DNA from: a virus
Taxonomy: Duplodnaviria; Caudoviricetes
Length of the DNA stretch: 64,000 bases
Virus record (IMG/VR): IMGVR_UViG_3300013383_000023
Span: 35,845-99,844 of that record
Reading direction: 5' to 3' (one strand)
A model generated the notes under the pieces. That model saw nothing but the letters and a program-made list of their open reading frames with translations. It had not been told where the DNA came from and searched no databases. How positions within the stretch are numbered: the stretch's first letter is position 1; every line of letters begins with the position of its first letter. This document shows positions 14,078 through 29,882 of the stretch, piece after piece. Position numbers and translations under genes: made by a program.

Positions 14078-17000
14078 TGAATAATAATAGATTAATTTAC
14101 AGAGACGCAAAACCCGCTAACTCAGAACGTGCCAATTTGTTTGACAGATTAGCAAATGAAGCTCGTGCAAAAACTGCTGCTTTTAGACAACGCCCAGATG
14201 TATCTAAGCGTCCACGCAATGTTGAATGGGTTGATAAAGTTATTAATCAGACAAATAAGGATTTATATGGAGATGTTGCTCAATACATCAAGCCTGTATC
14301 ACGTAGTTAGGCTATAAAAGATCGTTTAGATTTTAAAAAACGATATAATGACTATTGGGATTAGGTGCGATATAGAAATAAGGTAGATCAAGAAGAGAAC
14401 GCTGAAATAGAAAAAGAGCGACAATCGTTATTCGGAAATGGCTATGCCTCCAAAGTAAGTAGAGTTTTACCTATTGATCTAGCAAATCTTTCTTATACTG
14501 TTAAGAATATTGTTAATGATATTGCAGCGAATAAGGCTAGCGGTGGTGCCGAAGCATTAGAAAGCGATAATAGAGATTTGTTAACTAAGTCAGATTTAAA
14601 AGACGATGTAATAAACTATCTTAAAATTAAGTAGCAGTTTGACTTAGTTAAAGAAGCCCTTCCGCAAACAACTGGAGATAAACGACGTGAACTTGAGAGT
14701 GAATTGTATAGCTACAAACAATATCTTGAAGATCCAAACAATATCTAGAAAATGTCAGATTACGCTAATGCAAGAAATCGTGAACATGGATTTTGGAGAT
14801 AGTTTGGGGACGCTCTACGTGATGCTCCTGGTACAATGCTTGAACACGCTCTTGGATATACTGGAAAAGCAAGAGAAGAAATTTATGGAAGTCCAGAATT
14901 AGCTTAGAAAGTACGTGATAAGAGCTTGGTAGATGACACTGTTAAAGCTCTTATTTCTAAAGGCAGAGACTCATTAAAAGGAGAAGTTGGAGATGCTGCG
15001 TATTAGGCAGATGATTATTCTCTTGCAATAGCCGGAATTGAAACAGAAGACAAATCTGACAAAAACGAAATAAAAGAAAATAATGCTAGAGCGAACTAGC
15101 TTAGACTTGATGAAGCTAGAATTAGACAGAACATTCCAAGGGTTTGGACTGAAAAGTCTTAGATAACACAGGACTAGTCTTTATTTAATCCAGATTATTG
15201 GAAATACTGTGTTCCTGGAACTGTTGGATCTTCTATATCTTCTGACAATTTCTGGAAAGCTATGGCCATCAAAGGTGGTACAGCAGCGCTTGGAGCTGCG
15301 ATTGGAGCAGTAACCGGAGGCTGGAAAGGCGCCGCTTAGGGGGCTGTTAGTGGCTGGAATGCAGGTTCTGTTTTTGCATCTCCATGGGATGTGGCATCTG
15401 GATTTGATGAGAATAAAGTCGAAATCCATGACAAGTATCTTGATAATCTTTAGAAAAACCTCGATGCTAGAACCGCGAGCGATAACGCAGATGGTAAAGT
15501 ATCGCCATTAAAAACAGCAACACTTTCATAGCTTTAGAAATAGAGTCTTGAGTATTGGCGCAAACGAGGAATGTCTGATGATTATATAAATAATCATTAT
15601 GATATTAGTAATGATGAAGGTGTTCGTAATGTATTAAATGATCTTGCATCTGGCAGAACATCAATTACAAGCCCATTGGTTAAGGAATGCGCAATGGACG
15701 CAGCTCTTGGTCTTAATGCTCAATATTATTCAGATAATGTTGTTACAATGAGTGACACCTTCGTTGGATTGGGTGTAAATTGGCTTCCTGGAGGAAACTC
15801 GTTTAAGCTTGGAAAGACTATAATTAAGGGTACTGGTAAAGTAACTGGTATTACTGCTGCTGGTAAAGCGATTGCTAAATCAAAATTTGTTAAATCTGCT
15901 GGGAATATAGCAAAAAAAGCAAAAGATTATATTGGTGTTGAGCGCGGAAATAGCATGATAATGTTTGATAACGCAGCATCTAGAGTTGCTTCTACTGGGG
16001 CTGCAATTGATGCTACTGAAGCTGCTGCTGGCGGAATGGCAAACTCATTTAAAGCTGGATATAATGCGGTTGGCGGAGCCGCAGAAGAGCTTGGATTTGG
16101 TTTAGCTGGTAAGGCTGCAGCCGGTACAGTCGCTGGTACTGGAAATGTTCTAGTTAGAGCTGCGAAATCTGCATTGCCACAGAAGTATCAGCAATTTATA
16201 GATGATTTTGGAAGAGCTGCCGTTAATAAATATCAAGGAGTATTGGATAAACTTGCTCCAGTTGGTTCGTGGAGAAGATTGGCCGCTAAATATGGATATC
16301 AATATGCCAAACGTAGAGCCATTGGTGCCTTTTCTGAGGCGACAGAAGAAGGTAATCAATATCAGTTTTCTCAGAAAGACTTTTCTAAGTATAGATATGG
16401 ATTACCATCATTAACGGATTTGTTTATTGGTCACACTGAAGCTACAATGAATGCCGTTAAATCGTATGCATCATTATTTGGCATATGTGATAGTGAGCTT
16501 AAAGACGATATGGAATATTGGAACAATGTTAAGGGCGGAGCCGCTCTTGGCATGGCCAATGTTGAAGCTGCTATTCAGTCTGGTTTGTATACAAAAGAAG
16601 CTTATCAATAGCACGCTGTTAATAAAGCTCTTCAATAGGAACTTGCGAAGAATCGTGAAGACGAAAATATGACTAGGCGTTCAAATCAAGCTGTTTCTCA
16701 ACAAATGGCCAAAGGTCGTGGTGATGCGGTTATTAATTATCTTGAAGAACAAAAAGCTAATGATCAACGCAGATCAAAAGATCAGCGCATGGCTTCAGAC
16801 AAACAATGGGATAACAAAATATAGACTGCTAGAGAAATACAAGCTCTTACAGAAAATAAACAGCTTACAAGACGTCTTGAAGCTAAAGGTATAAAGTATG
16901 GCTCTGCTCAATATAATGCAGCTATTGCTGACTATTATAATTCTAGACAGCAGATTAGATAGAATCAAGAGGATATTAATGATATAAATCAACGTGTTCA

Positions 17001-20000
17001 ACAACGTGGAACTACGAAAAATAATTTGGATGCAGTTAGGTCTTATGTTGAATAGGAAGTAGATCAACAGATAAAACAGTCTGGACAGAAAGTATCTGAC
17101 GAAGAACGTGCTACTATTGTTGAAAACAGAGTAAAGGAGCGCGCTGCTATCAATGTTCTTTATAATCAATTATAGTCATTACTAGAGTTAAAGTCTAAAG
17201 TTAATACAGTAAAAGGATTCTTTAGAACATTAAAGCGTAATAAATTAAACAATATACAAAGTCATTCTATTGCATTAAAACATCTTAACGATCAAATATC
17301 TCAAGTAAAATCTTAGATTAATGAGCTTCATAATCTTAGAGCTGGAATACAAAACGAAGACGAACGATTTGATGTATTTGAAGGTAGATCAGAATCCGAA
17401 ATATATGATGATATAAACAACTCTAATGGCTTCATGAGAGATGGTTATGTTCAAGATCTTTCTCAACAAAAAGCTTTATTAGAATTCGACAATCAATAGC
17501 ATTTAATGCATATTGATCAGATGAATTATGGTATAGTAGAACGCGAGCGTGATACTAAAGGCTTGATTAATAAAGCTAAGAATCTAGTTTAGGATGTTAG
17601 ATATGAATATAATCCAGAAGAATATGAAAGACAGCATAAAGACAGAGTTGAACGATCTAAACGGGCAAAAGAATATTCTGATAAAGAAAAAGAGATTAAC
17701 GCGAAAATAGAAACTAGCCAAAAACAAATAAAAGACCTTAAAGAGCAAAACAATAAGAACTTTAAAGAGAGCAAATAGGCTGTTGCAGAAGAAGATCAAA
17801 ATATAACCAAACGGATATCCGATCTTGAAAGTGAAATAAAGAAAAATCAAGATGAACTCAATAATCTTCGCTCTGAAGCTAAAAAGCAGAATGATGAACT
17901 TAATAATCGAGAAAGACTAGCTAGCTCTAAACGCAAAGAGGATGATAGATACGTTCAACGTATTAATAGAATTCTTGACGTTCAAAAAGAAGACGATGCT
18001 CTAAATTGGATGGTTCAAGATATTGCTGAAGGTAATGCTGGACAAAAGATCGATGAATTGTAGGCAGAAGAATATTTTAAATAGTAGAAACAGGAAGATC
18101 AAGAAGATCAGGCCACTGCAGCTGATTATATTAGATATTAGAACGGTATAAGCGAGTTTGAGTCTAAAGAAGAACAAGAATCCGCTAAACGTGAATACGA
18201 AGAAGCTAAGAAAAAGCGTGAAGAGAAACTTAAACAGAATGGTTAGAAATGGAATAATCGTAGACAACGTGTATTAAGGTGGGCCGCAGATAAGCTTTCT
18301 AAAGCAAAAAATAAATATAAAGGTACGACGTATTCCGCATTAGGCGTAACTCCAGAATTCTTAGAAAATTTTGCTACTAGAATGATGTCTAGCGGTATCA
18401 TTGGAGTTTATAAGATAGGCAACTTTATTGATGACCTACGAGCTACTTTACAGTTCGCCGCAAAGACCAAAGGTCTTTCTGACAAAGATGTAGACAATGA
18501 GATTAAAGAGAACAATTCTGCGATAGTACGAGCTTATAAACGAGTTTCCACTAGAGTTTCTATGGCCTTAGCATTAACTGGAGCAAACGTTAAAGATTTG
18601 TTTAGTACCGATGATGAACTTGCATAGCATTTAATTTAGATTCCTACTGAGAGATAGAATCTTAAGCAGAATTCAAATTGGACTTCAGCTTAGTTAGCAG
18701 TTAAACAAAAGTTTGATGCGTCACAAGCGTAGATTTCTAGAGATGACTTTTACACTACTTACGTAAATGAGAATGGTAAAGAAGTAGCATATCGTAATGT
18801 TATATGGAGTGCATTTGGAAAGAAAGAAGATCAAGATAGTGCATCTTTGAAGAATGCTAAAGCAATAAGATCCGGAATATTAAATTATATTATTACTGGT
18901 GATATTAGTTATATTTAGAATATTGTTTTATCGTATGATAATGATATAGAGCTTTCTATAAAGGATACTCCAGGATATGATAAATTGGTAGCGTTTGCTA
19001 CAAATTTGTATAATAATATCCAAAGTAACGGATTGATGCCATTAGATGTTAATCTAAACATATATGGCAAAGCGAAGGACGGGTCAAATATATCGAGTTA
19101 GGCTGATATTGTATTGATTGACAGAAACGGCAACGCTATAATTTATAACGTGCTCACATCAATCTATTCTAATATAATGAATACTGGTCAAACATCTCAA
19201 GACTTAGGTACGATTAAGACTTTGGTGAGTCGTGCTATTTCTGAAATGAAGCCAGTTATTGAAATATTCCAAAATAAATACGGTCTTAATGTAAGCTGGG
19301 CTTCTATCATTCCAATACAAGTAGATCCAGGAGTTTCTATAAATGTTGAATCCGACGTTAATGGAGTTGGCGTTTCACTTAATAATATAGAAGAGCATTA
19401 TAATGTAGATAGACAACGTATTAATGGAATGCTTAATTTAGCTATTCAGAAATACAATGATTACGCTAGATATTTAGGTGTTGATCAAAGAGTTGGTATT
19501 GATCCATCAAGTATGCCAGTATAGCAAGTGTTAGATATGATTGATTCTATAAATAATTCTACTGAATAGTTAATCAGAATAGCTAATACTAACACTAAGA
19601 AGTCTTAGGAAACATAGTAGACAGAAAAGCGTACTGCTCCTATTCAAGATAATACTACTTATACAGAAAAAGAATAGGCTTTTATAGAGGCAGTAACTGT
19701 TCTTGATGGAATGATATCGAATATGCAACAGCAAGAAGGATTAGTTGACGATAATTTTATATTACAAACATTAGCTTGCCAAACATCTTTGTATCAACTT
19801 CTTAAGAGCAAAGAATCGTCCATAGATAACCTTAATCCATATAGTGAAGTAGTTGTAAAAGCATTGGAATATCTCGCTAAAAATTCTACTAACTATTCTG
19901 GATGTCGTAAAGCCATCAATAATTTTGTTAGTATGTCTATAGCTAATGACACAATGACTACATCATTGGATTCTGCTAACAACATGGAAGTGATGCTTAA

Positions 20001-23000
20001 GACGGCAAATTTGTGGAATAATATTTTTGGATAGATTTTAAGTTCTTAGGATTTATCTAACGATACAAAAATTCAGCAATGGTATTCTGAGCTTGCCAAT
20101 AATTTCTTAAAGCCATTATTGGACAATGCTAAATAGGACTTGCAAAATCGTAAAAATATAGATCCAGTTTCATATAATATCTTTAATAAAGTATTTGGAC
20201 AAACTCAAAATCTTATAGATCAGTATAACCAAAGATATAAAGTAGCCACATCTTAGCTTATTGATACTAATGATATATCTGTATTAAATAGCATGTCAAC
20301 AAGAACTATTAATCCATATACACGTGCTACATCTACATCTTGTTAGCCGTCTTTAAGTTCTATGCGACAGTCTAACTTTAGATCTATGGTTACTCAAAAA
20401 GATTTTACTGCTAATGCTAAAATATCGTTTAAGTTTGATAACAGAAATAATCCATTAATGATAATTAAGTATAATGGTAATACTGTTATACTTAATTTTG
20501 CAGAACCTATATCCAAAAATGGCTCTACAAAGAATATGGAGAATTATCGAGCTTATGCTGCTCCGTTTGTTAGAAAGCTTACATAGCTGATGCTTAAATG
20601 TCAAGCCGACCCAACGTTACATATATCTACTAAATTAAAAAAGCGTAGAGTTACATTTAACTATGACAATGGTAAGAATGGTCGTAAATATGAGCAGCAT
20701 AATGTTTCTCAGTTTCTATTTAGTTCTGAAGAGAATGGTCATAATATGTTTACCATCAAAGTATCTTCTGAAGATAAAATAGGTACATTGAAAGACAGAA
20801 GTGGTAATTTGATAATCTGTGATCAAAAAGGTTAGTCTATTGGTAATTTTGTAGATCCAGATACTGGAAACGGAAAATACAATCCTCCAGTTGGACAGTT
20901 AATATATATGTACAATGATGGACGTAATGAACAACATGGTAAATACACGCCAATTGTTCTTTCAGTTTAGTCGTTTGGTCAGTTAGGTATGACATAGCCT
21001 TTAATGGAATTGATTCGTCAGAGAGCAAATGGCAATATGCAGACTGAAGATGGATATGATATTGATGATCTCATTAGTCTAGTAATGTTTACACAAGACC
21101 CATCTAGTAGATATCAAGTAACTAATAATGCAATAGCATTTGGCGACCCTGGTATTGTAACAATTGGTAGAGTTAACTATAACGTTAATGACACTAATGA
21201 TTATCAAAAGCTTACTGAAGCTATTAATAATCTTCGCGTTTGTGAAAATATAGAATTACTTAATCAGAATTTAACACTATCCGATAACGATGCTTTGCAA
21301 AAAGTTTCTAGTATATTTAAGAATACAGACGAGAAGGAAGTAAGACTCCCTAATGGTCTTGTATTTACTAGAGATGATTTTATGCATCAAGAAAACGGCA
21401 TTATTACAGGATCTACATATCTTGGTTATATGATGCGTAACAATATTATTGGAACAAATGCCACTAATGTTGATGATACATATATTGAAATTGAGAGTAT
21501 AAGTCTTGAAAGAAATGATGATGGAATTGGAGATGCATCGAATACTATTAAAGAATCTAATTCTAAATCTGCTACAGCTGCTAAAGTTCAATCCGGACTT
21601 AATGGGCTAATGAGCGGAATCTTTAAATCTCAGAAACATAAACCTGGAAACGGTCTGAATGAAATAATAGATCAAAGTCAAATCGTTGGTAGAACTGACG
21701 AAGAAATAGAAGACTATAAGCGTAGAGCTTCTGATGTTATTCGACAAATGCTTGGTGATGGATCTGTAAAGACCATGCAATTTAAGAGTAGAGAAGAACT
21801 TAATGGCGAAAATCAAACTTCTGTTATTGCTGGTATTTGCCATTCTTCGTTTATCGAGCTTGGAACATTCGCTCCGGAATCTACTGTATATCATGAGGCG
21901 TTCCATAAGATATTAGAGCTTACGATGCCCTCTGCTAAAAGAGATAAGTTATATCAAGTTTATAGAAACAAATATAAGAATCAGAACTTATCGGAACGAG
22001 ATGTTGCAGAAGGGCTTGCCGACATGTTTACCAGTTACGTTCAACATAATATATTAGACAAGAATCTTAAAGGGTTTAAGTATTTCTATGGATGGTGTAA
22101 GAGAGTATGGTTCAATATGATGATGTCTATCAAATTCGGAAATCAATGGAAGAACTTTAAGGCTCTTTATGCACAAATGCTTCGTGGAGATTATAATGGC
22201 AAGGATTCGTATTCTGAAAATGTAGAAAGATTCAAAAATCAATTTGGAGATTCTTTGTATTACGAATTGGAAGATAAATAGTCTGGAGAATCAGTCAAAT
22301 TTGAGCATATCGCTAACATATCCGAAGCTAGAGAAGTAGCCAAATCATTGGCGTATTTAGTAATAAAAGCAAACGGTCTCGATAGTCTTAATCCGTCTGG
22401 AACAAAACTTAAACTTAATCAATCTACTCCAAATAAATTCAATCTTATTAAATCTGGTCTTGTATCATTATTAAGAGCTGATGGTGTAGATGTGTCACAA
22501 AAGACAGACGCTCAACGTATTTATTCTGAGGTTCTTGAGCAAAAGATAGAAAATGTAGAAGAAACCGATAAGAAAGGAAATGTAATAAAGAGGCAAATTA
22601 CTACTTATCCAAAATTTGCAGCGTTAATTCCGTTGATTAATCAATATATATCTTCTATATCTACTGGATTTAATGGACGTTTACAAGATATTGAAGATGA
22701 AACCGATTCTGATGTAGATTAGGCTGTAAAAGATAATATTGATAAATTTGATAAGGCATCCTATGAATTTAATCCATTAGATCAAGTTGTGGATCGTGTT
22801 AAAGTATTTTTCGGAACGTTACCTAGAGTAAAATATGATAGTTCTTCTAAAACATATAAATATGAAACTATTAACAGATTAGGAACTCCAGAATTTTATG
22901 ATGTTAGCCAAGTATTTACTACATTAACATCTGAAGTAAACGATTTGTCTAGTATAGAAGATCTTACTAAAAAGCTCGAATCTATGAAAGATCGTGATGG

Positions 23001-26000
23001 GTTACATAGGCAAGTGTATCATAAATGGAAGGCTCTTTGTGATTATCTTGACAAAAATCCAAACGATAATGATGCAAGACAGTTACAGATATCTGTTGCT
23101 AAATCTCTTAAATGTCATGTCAATAATTATGTATTCTGTTATAGTCAACGTGATTAGGAAGGCAATCTTATATCTCAAGTAAAGAATACAGAATATGACA
23201 GGGATACAGTATTCGCACCTAAACATTGGTTAGATAATCTTTACAACGGCAATACTGGAATATTTAGTACAATAAGAGATTCTAATGGCAATCCTGCTGT
23301 GAGTGCTGATGTTGATATATTAAAGAATGTATCTAACATGTTCGAATAGTTGAGATCTGAGTTAAGTAGAGCAACGTCTGCCACTTCCGATAGTAGTATA
23401 ATAAATCTTAATGGTGTACAAATAGATCTTGATGACCCTGCAAGCTTTAATTATTTAAAAGGATTTGTAGTACAACTTTTAAATAGTGTTGGTATTCCAA
23501 TCAATAACGAACAGCTTGATTATATTCTTAACAACAGATTTGATTCTAGTGACGCTCGAGGTCTTTCATTGTTTATGAACAGCAATAGTACTGATTCAAT
23601 GACTCCGTTCATTAATATTCTAGGTTCGCTTGTAAATAATGATGGTACACTGAATAACAAATACGCATCTGACGGATATACTAATTGCGGATTTATTAAA
23701 GAATTAGCAAATTGGATGGGTCAGTATAATAGATCTAGACAGACATCTAGTCGCCTTGGATTTGATTCTAAGAGATATTATCAAGTATCATAGAACTTTG
23801 CTATATCGTAGATTACAGACATGATTAATAGCCAGGACGAAAGTAATGATATATATAACGCATTACTAAATTCTAAGTATATGATGCTTGTTGGTCCAAG
23901 TGGAGCTGTTATGGGGTCAATATTTGCTAAAGCTATTAATAGTAAGCGTAAGTTTAAATTAAGATTGTTAACTGATATTGGAAGCAAAACAGATCGTTCT
24001 GACGATATTGGCAACACATATACTAATAGAACTGAATAGGATGACTTTATTGCTAAATACACAGCGCTTAGAGAAGGCTATGTATTATTTCCAACTCTTG
24101 CAGATAAATCTGGGTTCGTATATATTGATATTAATAATTATGGTAATTCAGAAATATCTATTCCAGGATTAAGTTTTGACACACAGTATGATGAACATGG
24201 TCATAGATTGTTAAGTGTAAAATCAGCTCCAAAAATTGGCTATAATCCAACAATTGGAAACTATTTTATACCTGATAATCGCGTTCTTGATTAGATGATA
24301 GAGTATGCAGAGCTTGAAAAGGCTAGAATTCTTGAAATAATGCAAGAGTGTGGATATGAAGATCGCGATAAGATTGATGGCTATGAAGACAATCCAAATG
24401 TTAAGTTTATCCCAAAAGAATATCGAGTAAAGAATATTCATACCGGGAAAGGTATTAGATTTCAATCGTTGAGAGATTTAGTTCTCGAAGACGGCGTTAC
24501 AACTGTTAATTTGTCTGACGAAAATAAAACTCCTGCAGAATTAATGAATCTGGCTAATAAAAATTTCTTCAATAAGACTCAAGAATAGAAACGTCAGATT
24601 ATGACAATGATTCTAGCTAGAGCTAATAAGAATATAGTTAATAAAGCTCTTAGTCTTGGTATTATTACTGTAGGAAACGATACTAATGGCGCAACTAAGT
24701 TAACAAATATGACAAGAAACGTATTTGATAACTTAAGAAATGTTGCATTAGATAATGAAGAGGTCAGAGCTCTCGCTAATTATTTGTTTAAGAATAATGC
24801 TGTATTTGCAAATGAGAAAGATAACGATAAGATTACCGCTAAACGTAATCTTTGCACAAGTTTAGCTATTGCCGCATTGCTTGGAGATGCTCAAAATAGA
24901 CATATAATTGGCACGTAGGAGACTCAAAGATGGTATGTGGGCAATCCTTCATCATTTAAAAATGACGCCGATATACAGAAACGTATGGGTTCTCTCATGT
25001 CAACTGGAGAAGATAATATAATGTATTACGGAGCTCCTAAATACTATAATTGTGCAGAAGTAGCAGATTATGTTGTTGGACTTAGCGAGGACGACCACAA
25101 TAAGTTTCACAATCTATTCTTAAATGGAGAATTAAAAGAAACTCTTGCAAATGCATTAATATCTAAGCTTAAAGATGGTGAGGACAACTAGTCTAAGATT
25201 AGGTATATATATGACATGGTTTATTCTCCAGATATGACTGTAGATAAAATAGAAGCAGAATTTAATAAACTTGGTCCAGAAGCTATTGAACAAATGAATA
25301 AGGCTAAGAAGAGAGCTTCTGATTTTACTAGATCATACGATGAAAATAATGTGGCCGATGGATAGTCTTATATGTCTGATAGAATGTGCGAGCAATTGCT
25401 TAAATTTAATGGCGCATGGGTTGGAGATGTTCCAAGAGCATTTGAATTAATACGTAAAGATAATTTGACAGAAAAAGAATATTATGAAGCATATAGATTA
25501 ATTCAGAAAGCTGTTAATATCGTTACTGTTAAATATACAGCATATGGAACTCGTATCCACCCTATAACTGGTGAACCTATAACATACCTTAATAAGTTTG
25601 CTATAGCTCCTATATTTAAGAATATTGCTACTGGTAAAATGAAAGATATTTGTCAGTATATGACTGATCATAATATTGATAATCTTTTATTTGATTCTGC
25701 AGTAAAGATTGGTTCATGCAATCCTATATAGTTTAATGGGGTTTCATTTGATAATGATCTTACTATATATCAACAGCCTTATGCTAATCTTAGAAAACAG
25801 ATGAATACAGATCCAGAAGAAGGCGACGAAATGCATATCGGTACACAGATGGTTAAGGTTGTATTATCGAATCTTATTTAGAACAGATTATACAAGAATA
25901 AATCTGGAGAGCTTATTGAAGGAAAATAGATTCTTTCCGATATGATGAATTGTATTGATAAGCTTAGAGATTTTGGAGAACAAGAATTCTTAGATCAATT

Positions 26001-29000
26001 CTTTACTAATGGCTCAGTTGATGAATCGAAGACGTCTAATTGGCTTACTGATCAAATGGGATCTAGAAATGCAACGGAACAATTAGTATCTGCGTTATCA
26101 CTTAAGCCGGGAGAAGATGGCAAACTTCACCAGAATATGCCAATAGCCGCTACTGCATCTTCTAAATGGGTTGAAAGTATCATCATATCAAATGTCAATA
26201 AGAAAATTGTAGATATTATGACTCCTGGCACTTCTTTTGTTCAACGTTCTGTATTCGCTATGGAAGATGAGAACAGAAAAGAAGGTGAAGGAGAAATAAA
26301 AGGCGCGGATTCTTACAATGGCCAAGAGCTTAAAATGATTAATAACAAGAACTCTATGGATGCTATAGTATCTCTTGATTATTTCAAGGATATTATCCCA
26401 AAGAGTATTAAGACGTTTAAAGATGCTCGTAAATGGCTTATAGACAATAAGATTATTGGTAATGATGCCGATGCAAATACTATTGGATATCGTATTCCTA
26501 CGTAGGCAGAATCATCAATTCACGCAATAAGAATTCTTGATGTAATTGATGATGTAAAAGGATCTGTTATACTTCCTAAAGCATTTACTACTGTAACTGG
26601 TTCGGATAAAATATATCAATGTTCGAACCAGTATAATATAAAAAACTCCTTTAATTGCTGGAAACTCCATATTGTGTGGACAATCAGCAGCCAAGCCCTT
26701 TAAGGGAAGGTTCAACGACTATCGAAATCATAGTATAAGAGAAACACTTATATGAAGAAGAGAGTAGAGTACACGAAAGTGGAAATGGGGAGCTTTTAAT
26801 GTATGGTAACAGTACATTAATTGAAGATATAGTCTGATCTCATTGGTAACAATGAGTTAACAAAAATGTTTGATATTGATCACCTTTATTTACAAAGATT
26901 AAACTTCAAAGTAGGTGAAGATGATAAGGTGATAGAAAATGCATACGATGCTTCACAAAAAGAGTTTTATCAGAACAAACTATTGAATACAATGATGGTA
27001 CTTCTTCTTGATACAGACAATTCCATGCATCTTCTATTCAAGTCTATTGATAACGATACTACATTGGCGCAAGATTGTGCTAAAGCTATGAGAAAAGATA
27101 ATTCTACTGCTAATCAAGCTTATAACTTTAATACATTATCAGAACAGGTTGGAAGAAAAAATACGTTTATTTCTGGTAAATTCGGTATAGGCCCTTATGC
27201 TCTTAACTTGACAATGCAAACATTGTTAGAACAATTTAATATGGACTTAAAGCCTAGCTCTATTCCTGCTAAAATTGGTAGGTCAAAAATCGGTAATCAC
27301 TTTACTGACGAAGGGGATACCACATTGGCGTGGTTAAGCGCATTTATCAACGGTAATGTCGACAATGTTAAAGACCCATGGGTGGCTAGACTTAATTCTA
27401 ATAATACAACGTTCAACATGATTAATTTCTTACTTAAACTTGGTTATGGAAAACAGGCCGTTTGGTTCTGCGCACAACCTATACTTAAGAAGTATGCTGA
27501 ATTCTAGAGCGTTAAGAATTGTAAGCTGTTACAAGACCCATAGAATTTTTAGTCGCAGGATGTAATGCTTGATAAGTTCTTAAAAGATAATATAGGAATG
27601 AGTCTTGAATAGGTTCGAGCGTAGGTAAAATCTATTCGTAAAAATGGCAGTAATCTAATCAAAAATACATTAGATAATGTTCTTCTTAAAAGTGCAGCTA
27701 CCGAGAATGGCGCTTTGTCTGAAAAAGAGACTAAAGATTTGTAGAAGAATGTAATGCTTACGTGGTTTGCATTAGAATCATCTGCAGAATAGTTATCTAG
27801 ATTAATTCAATTCTCGAAGATTGATACTAGAAAAGAAGGTAAAACGTTCTCGCAATTGACTGCTTACAAATATGGTTATCAAGCTTTATATAACGATAAC
27901 TACGATTAGTCTATGACATTTAATCAAAAGACTGCCAATTCGTAGTTAATGTATAATGATGAAGATTTAGCAAAACTTAGAGAGGGTACTTGGATTGGCC
28001 CAAAAACTAGAAGTGTTCTTAATTCTATATTTAAAGCAATGTCTAAATAGATGTTTGTTGCAAATAATAACTTTAGATCTAAAATTATAAAGATGGCCGA
28101 AATGTTGTATCCAAATTGTAAATACACTGGCAAACTCTCGGCCAATCTTATAGATGATTTGACTACTGGAGCAATATCGTAGATTAAGTGGCAATGGTCG
28201 GCGAGACGGGCTTAGAATCTCCTGGAAAGCACATTTGACAATTATGATCTTAATCAATTATTTATTGGCGATAATTCTGTCGCAAGAATGCTCGATGAGA
28301 TCAATTCTAAGATTGCAAATAATGAAGAATATTCAAGTAATGGCAAAAAGAGAAATTGGAACGAATTTAAAGATAATGAACTGCTTAACAGATTGCGTAG
28401 AAATTATGATTTAAGCAGCGATAATCAAAACGCTCCACAGTTTGTTGTTCTTACTAGAGCGTTTGATGATTCCAAGTTAGATACTGATAGACTTATTGAA
28501 GATTGGGAACAGTTGTTGCAAAGCGATAATGATTATGTTAGATTATTTGCTAATATGCTTGTTGCTTACGCTATGCTTACATCTTGTGAATACCAAGGAA
28601 AGAATAAATTAGCTAAATACATTCCATCTAAATTCTTATCTGGAGAATTATATGACTCTAAGGTTGATGGTGTTAGTTTTGCGGAATATATATAGTCTAG
28701 ATTAAATAATGATAATTTCGAAGACTTAAATATAAACTCAATTGTTAGCAATTAGATTAATAATAGAAATTTTGTAAAACGTAGAAATATAAAAGATTTC
28801 GATTAGTTTTACGATAAGCGCAACGACACATCTATACTTATAACCAAAGATAAATATAAAGAAAATCCTGCTCCTAGATATGTATCTGTAAAATCAGATT
28901 AGCTTTCAGCTGACGGAAGAATTACTAACGATCTATATTTATTATTTAATTACAACGATAAAGATCAAGCTGTGTATATAAAAATCTCAGAATAGGGATA

Positions 29001-29880
29001 CCATAATAAAGGCTTTGATATATTTGATTATAATCAATATGGCAATCCTATCGTTAACGATGCTATTGGTAATGACGAATTTGATTCAACTGAACAAGAA
29101 GATACTAATCTTAATCAAGATGAAGCTACTGATATGAAAACGGACGAATCTAATATTTCGGACAATACTAATTAGAATGTAGATAACGTTGCTCAGCAAC
29201 ATGTCGAAATTTATGAAGATGGATTTATTCAATTTGAAGATTACGGCCCTAAATTTAGATTAAGTACAGATAAAAAAGTTGTTGAGTATACAAATATTGG
29301 AAACGTTGTGATTCATGGCGATAATAATAAGTCTATTAGTATGAGCGCTTCTAATTTTTAGAAGTTCGTAGATATCGTAGAAAAATGGTTTGATGGTGAA
29401 TCCTTATACAGCAAAGATGGAACTAATAAATCTATTAAGTATAACAAAGATTTAAATTATAATGTAAATAGTATAATTGATGATATTGGTGGCTATGATG
29501 GAAGAAATGCTTATTACGCGAAAAATGATGTTGCAAAATATAATAAGCAGACACACAGCGTTAATATAAGTAATATTAATATGTATAATTTATATAAATT
29601 CGCAGAAAGCGGTTTGTTTGATAAAATAAATAAACTTGATATTACGAATATTAATGGCTATCCAGGCGCTAGCATTGCAGATAAATTATATAGTATACTT
29701 AATAATGTTGGAGTAGATAAATCTGATGTTGAGTCTGTAAAATCACTAGAAACATGTAATGATTTATTTGGTGAAAACGATGTAGATTTGCTTGCTAAAG
29801 AATTTGGTATTGATAAACAGACTTTAATGCAAGCCTTGGAAGAAGGAGCAAAGAAGCGTAAAAATTGTAAAGGAAAATAA
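14077..29880 (+). CDS. Giant virion RNA polymerase polyprotein (~5,180 aa after splicing; zincin HExxH plus two-barrel RNAP); exons 14077-26607 and 26869-29880; TAG=Gln
   Basis: Fragments from 14077 to 29581 share one frame and are broken by TAG. HEAFH at 21892-21906. 'GYRIPT(Q)' precedes the active-site motif 'TGSD|FDID', which is rebuilt by removing the intron. Confidence 0.85.
26608..26868 (+). ncRNA. Group I self-splicing intron (261 nt, no homing endonuclease)
   Basis: P1 is CTGGTTCGGAT/GTTCGAACCAG with a U.G pair at the 5' splice site. Core elements P AATTGCTGGAAA, Q AATCAGCAG, R TTCAACGACTAT and S AAGATATAGTC are present. Terminal G at 26868; P10 ATATCAA/TTGATAT; in-frame TAA inside. 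Confidence 0.93.
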
Positions 29881-29882
29881 TT

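Noticed and set aside
26515-26715. 66-aa minus ORF as an intron-encoded endonuclease
   Set aside because: Antisense to the intron and exon, with no HNH, GIY-YIG or LAGLIDADG motif.
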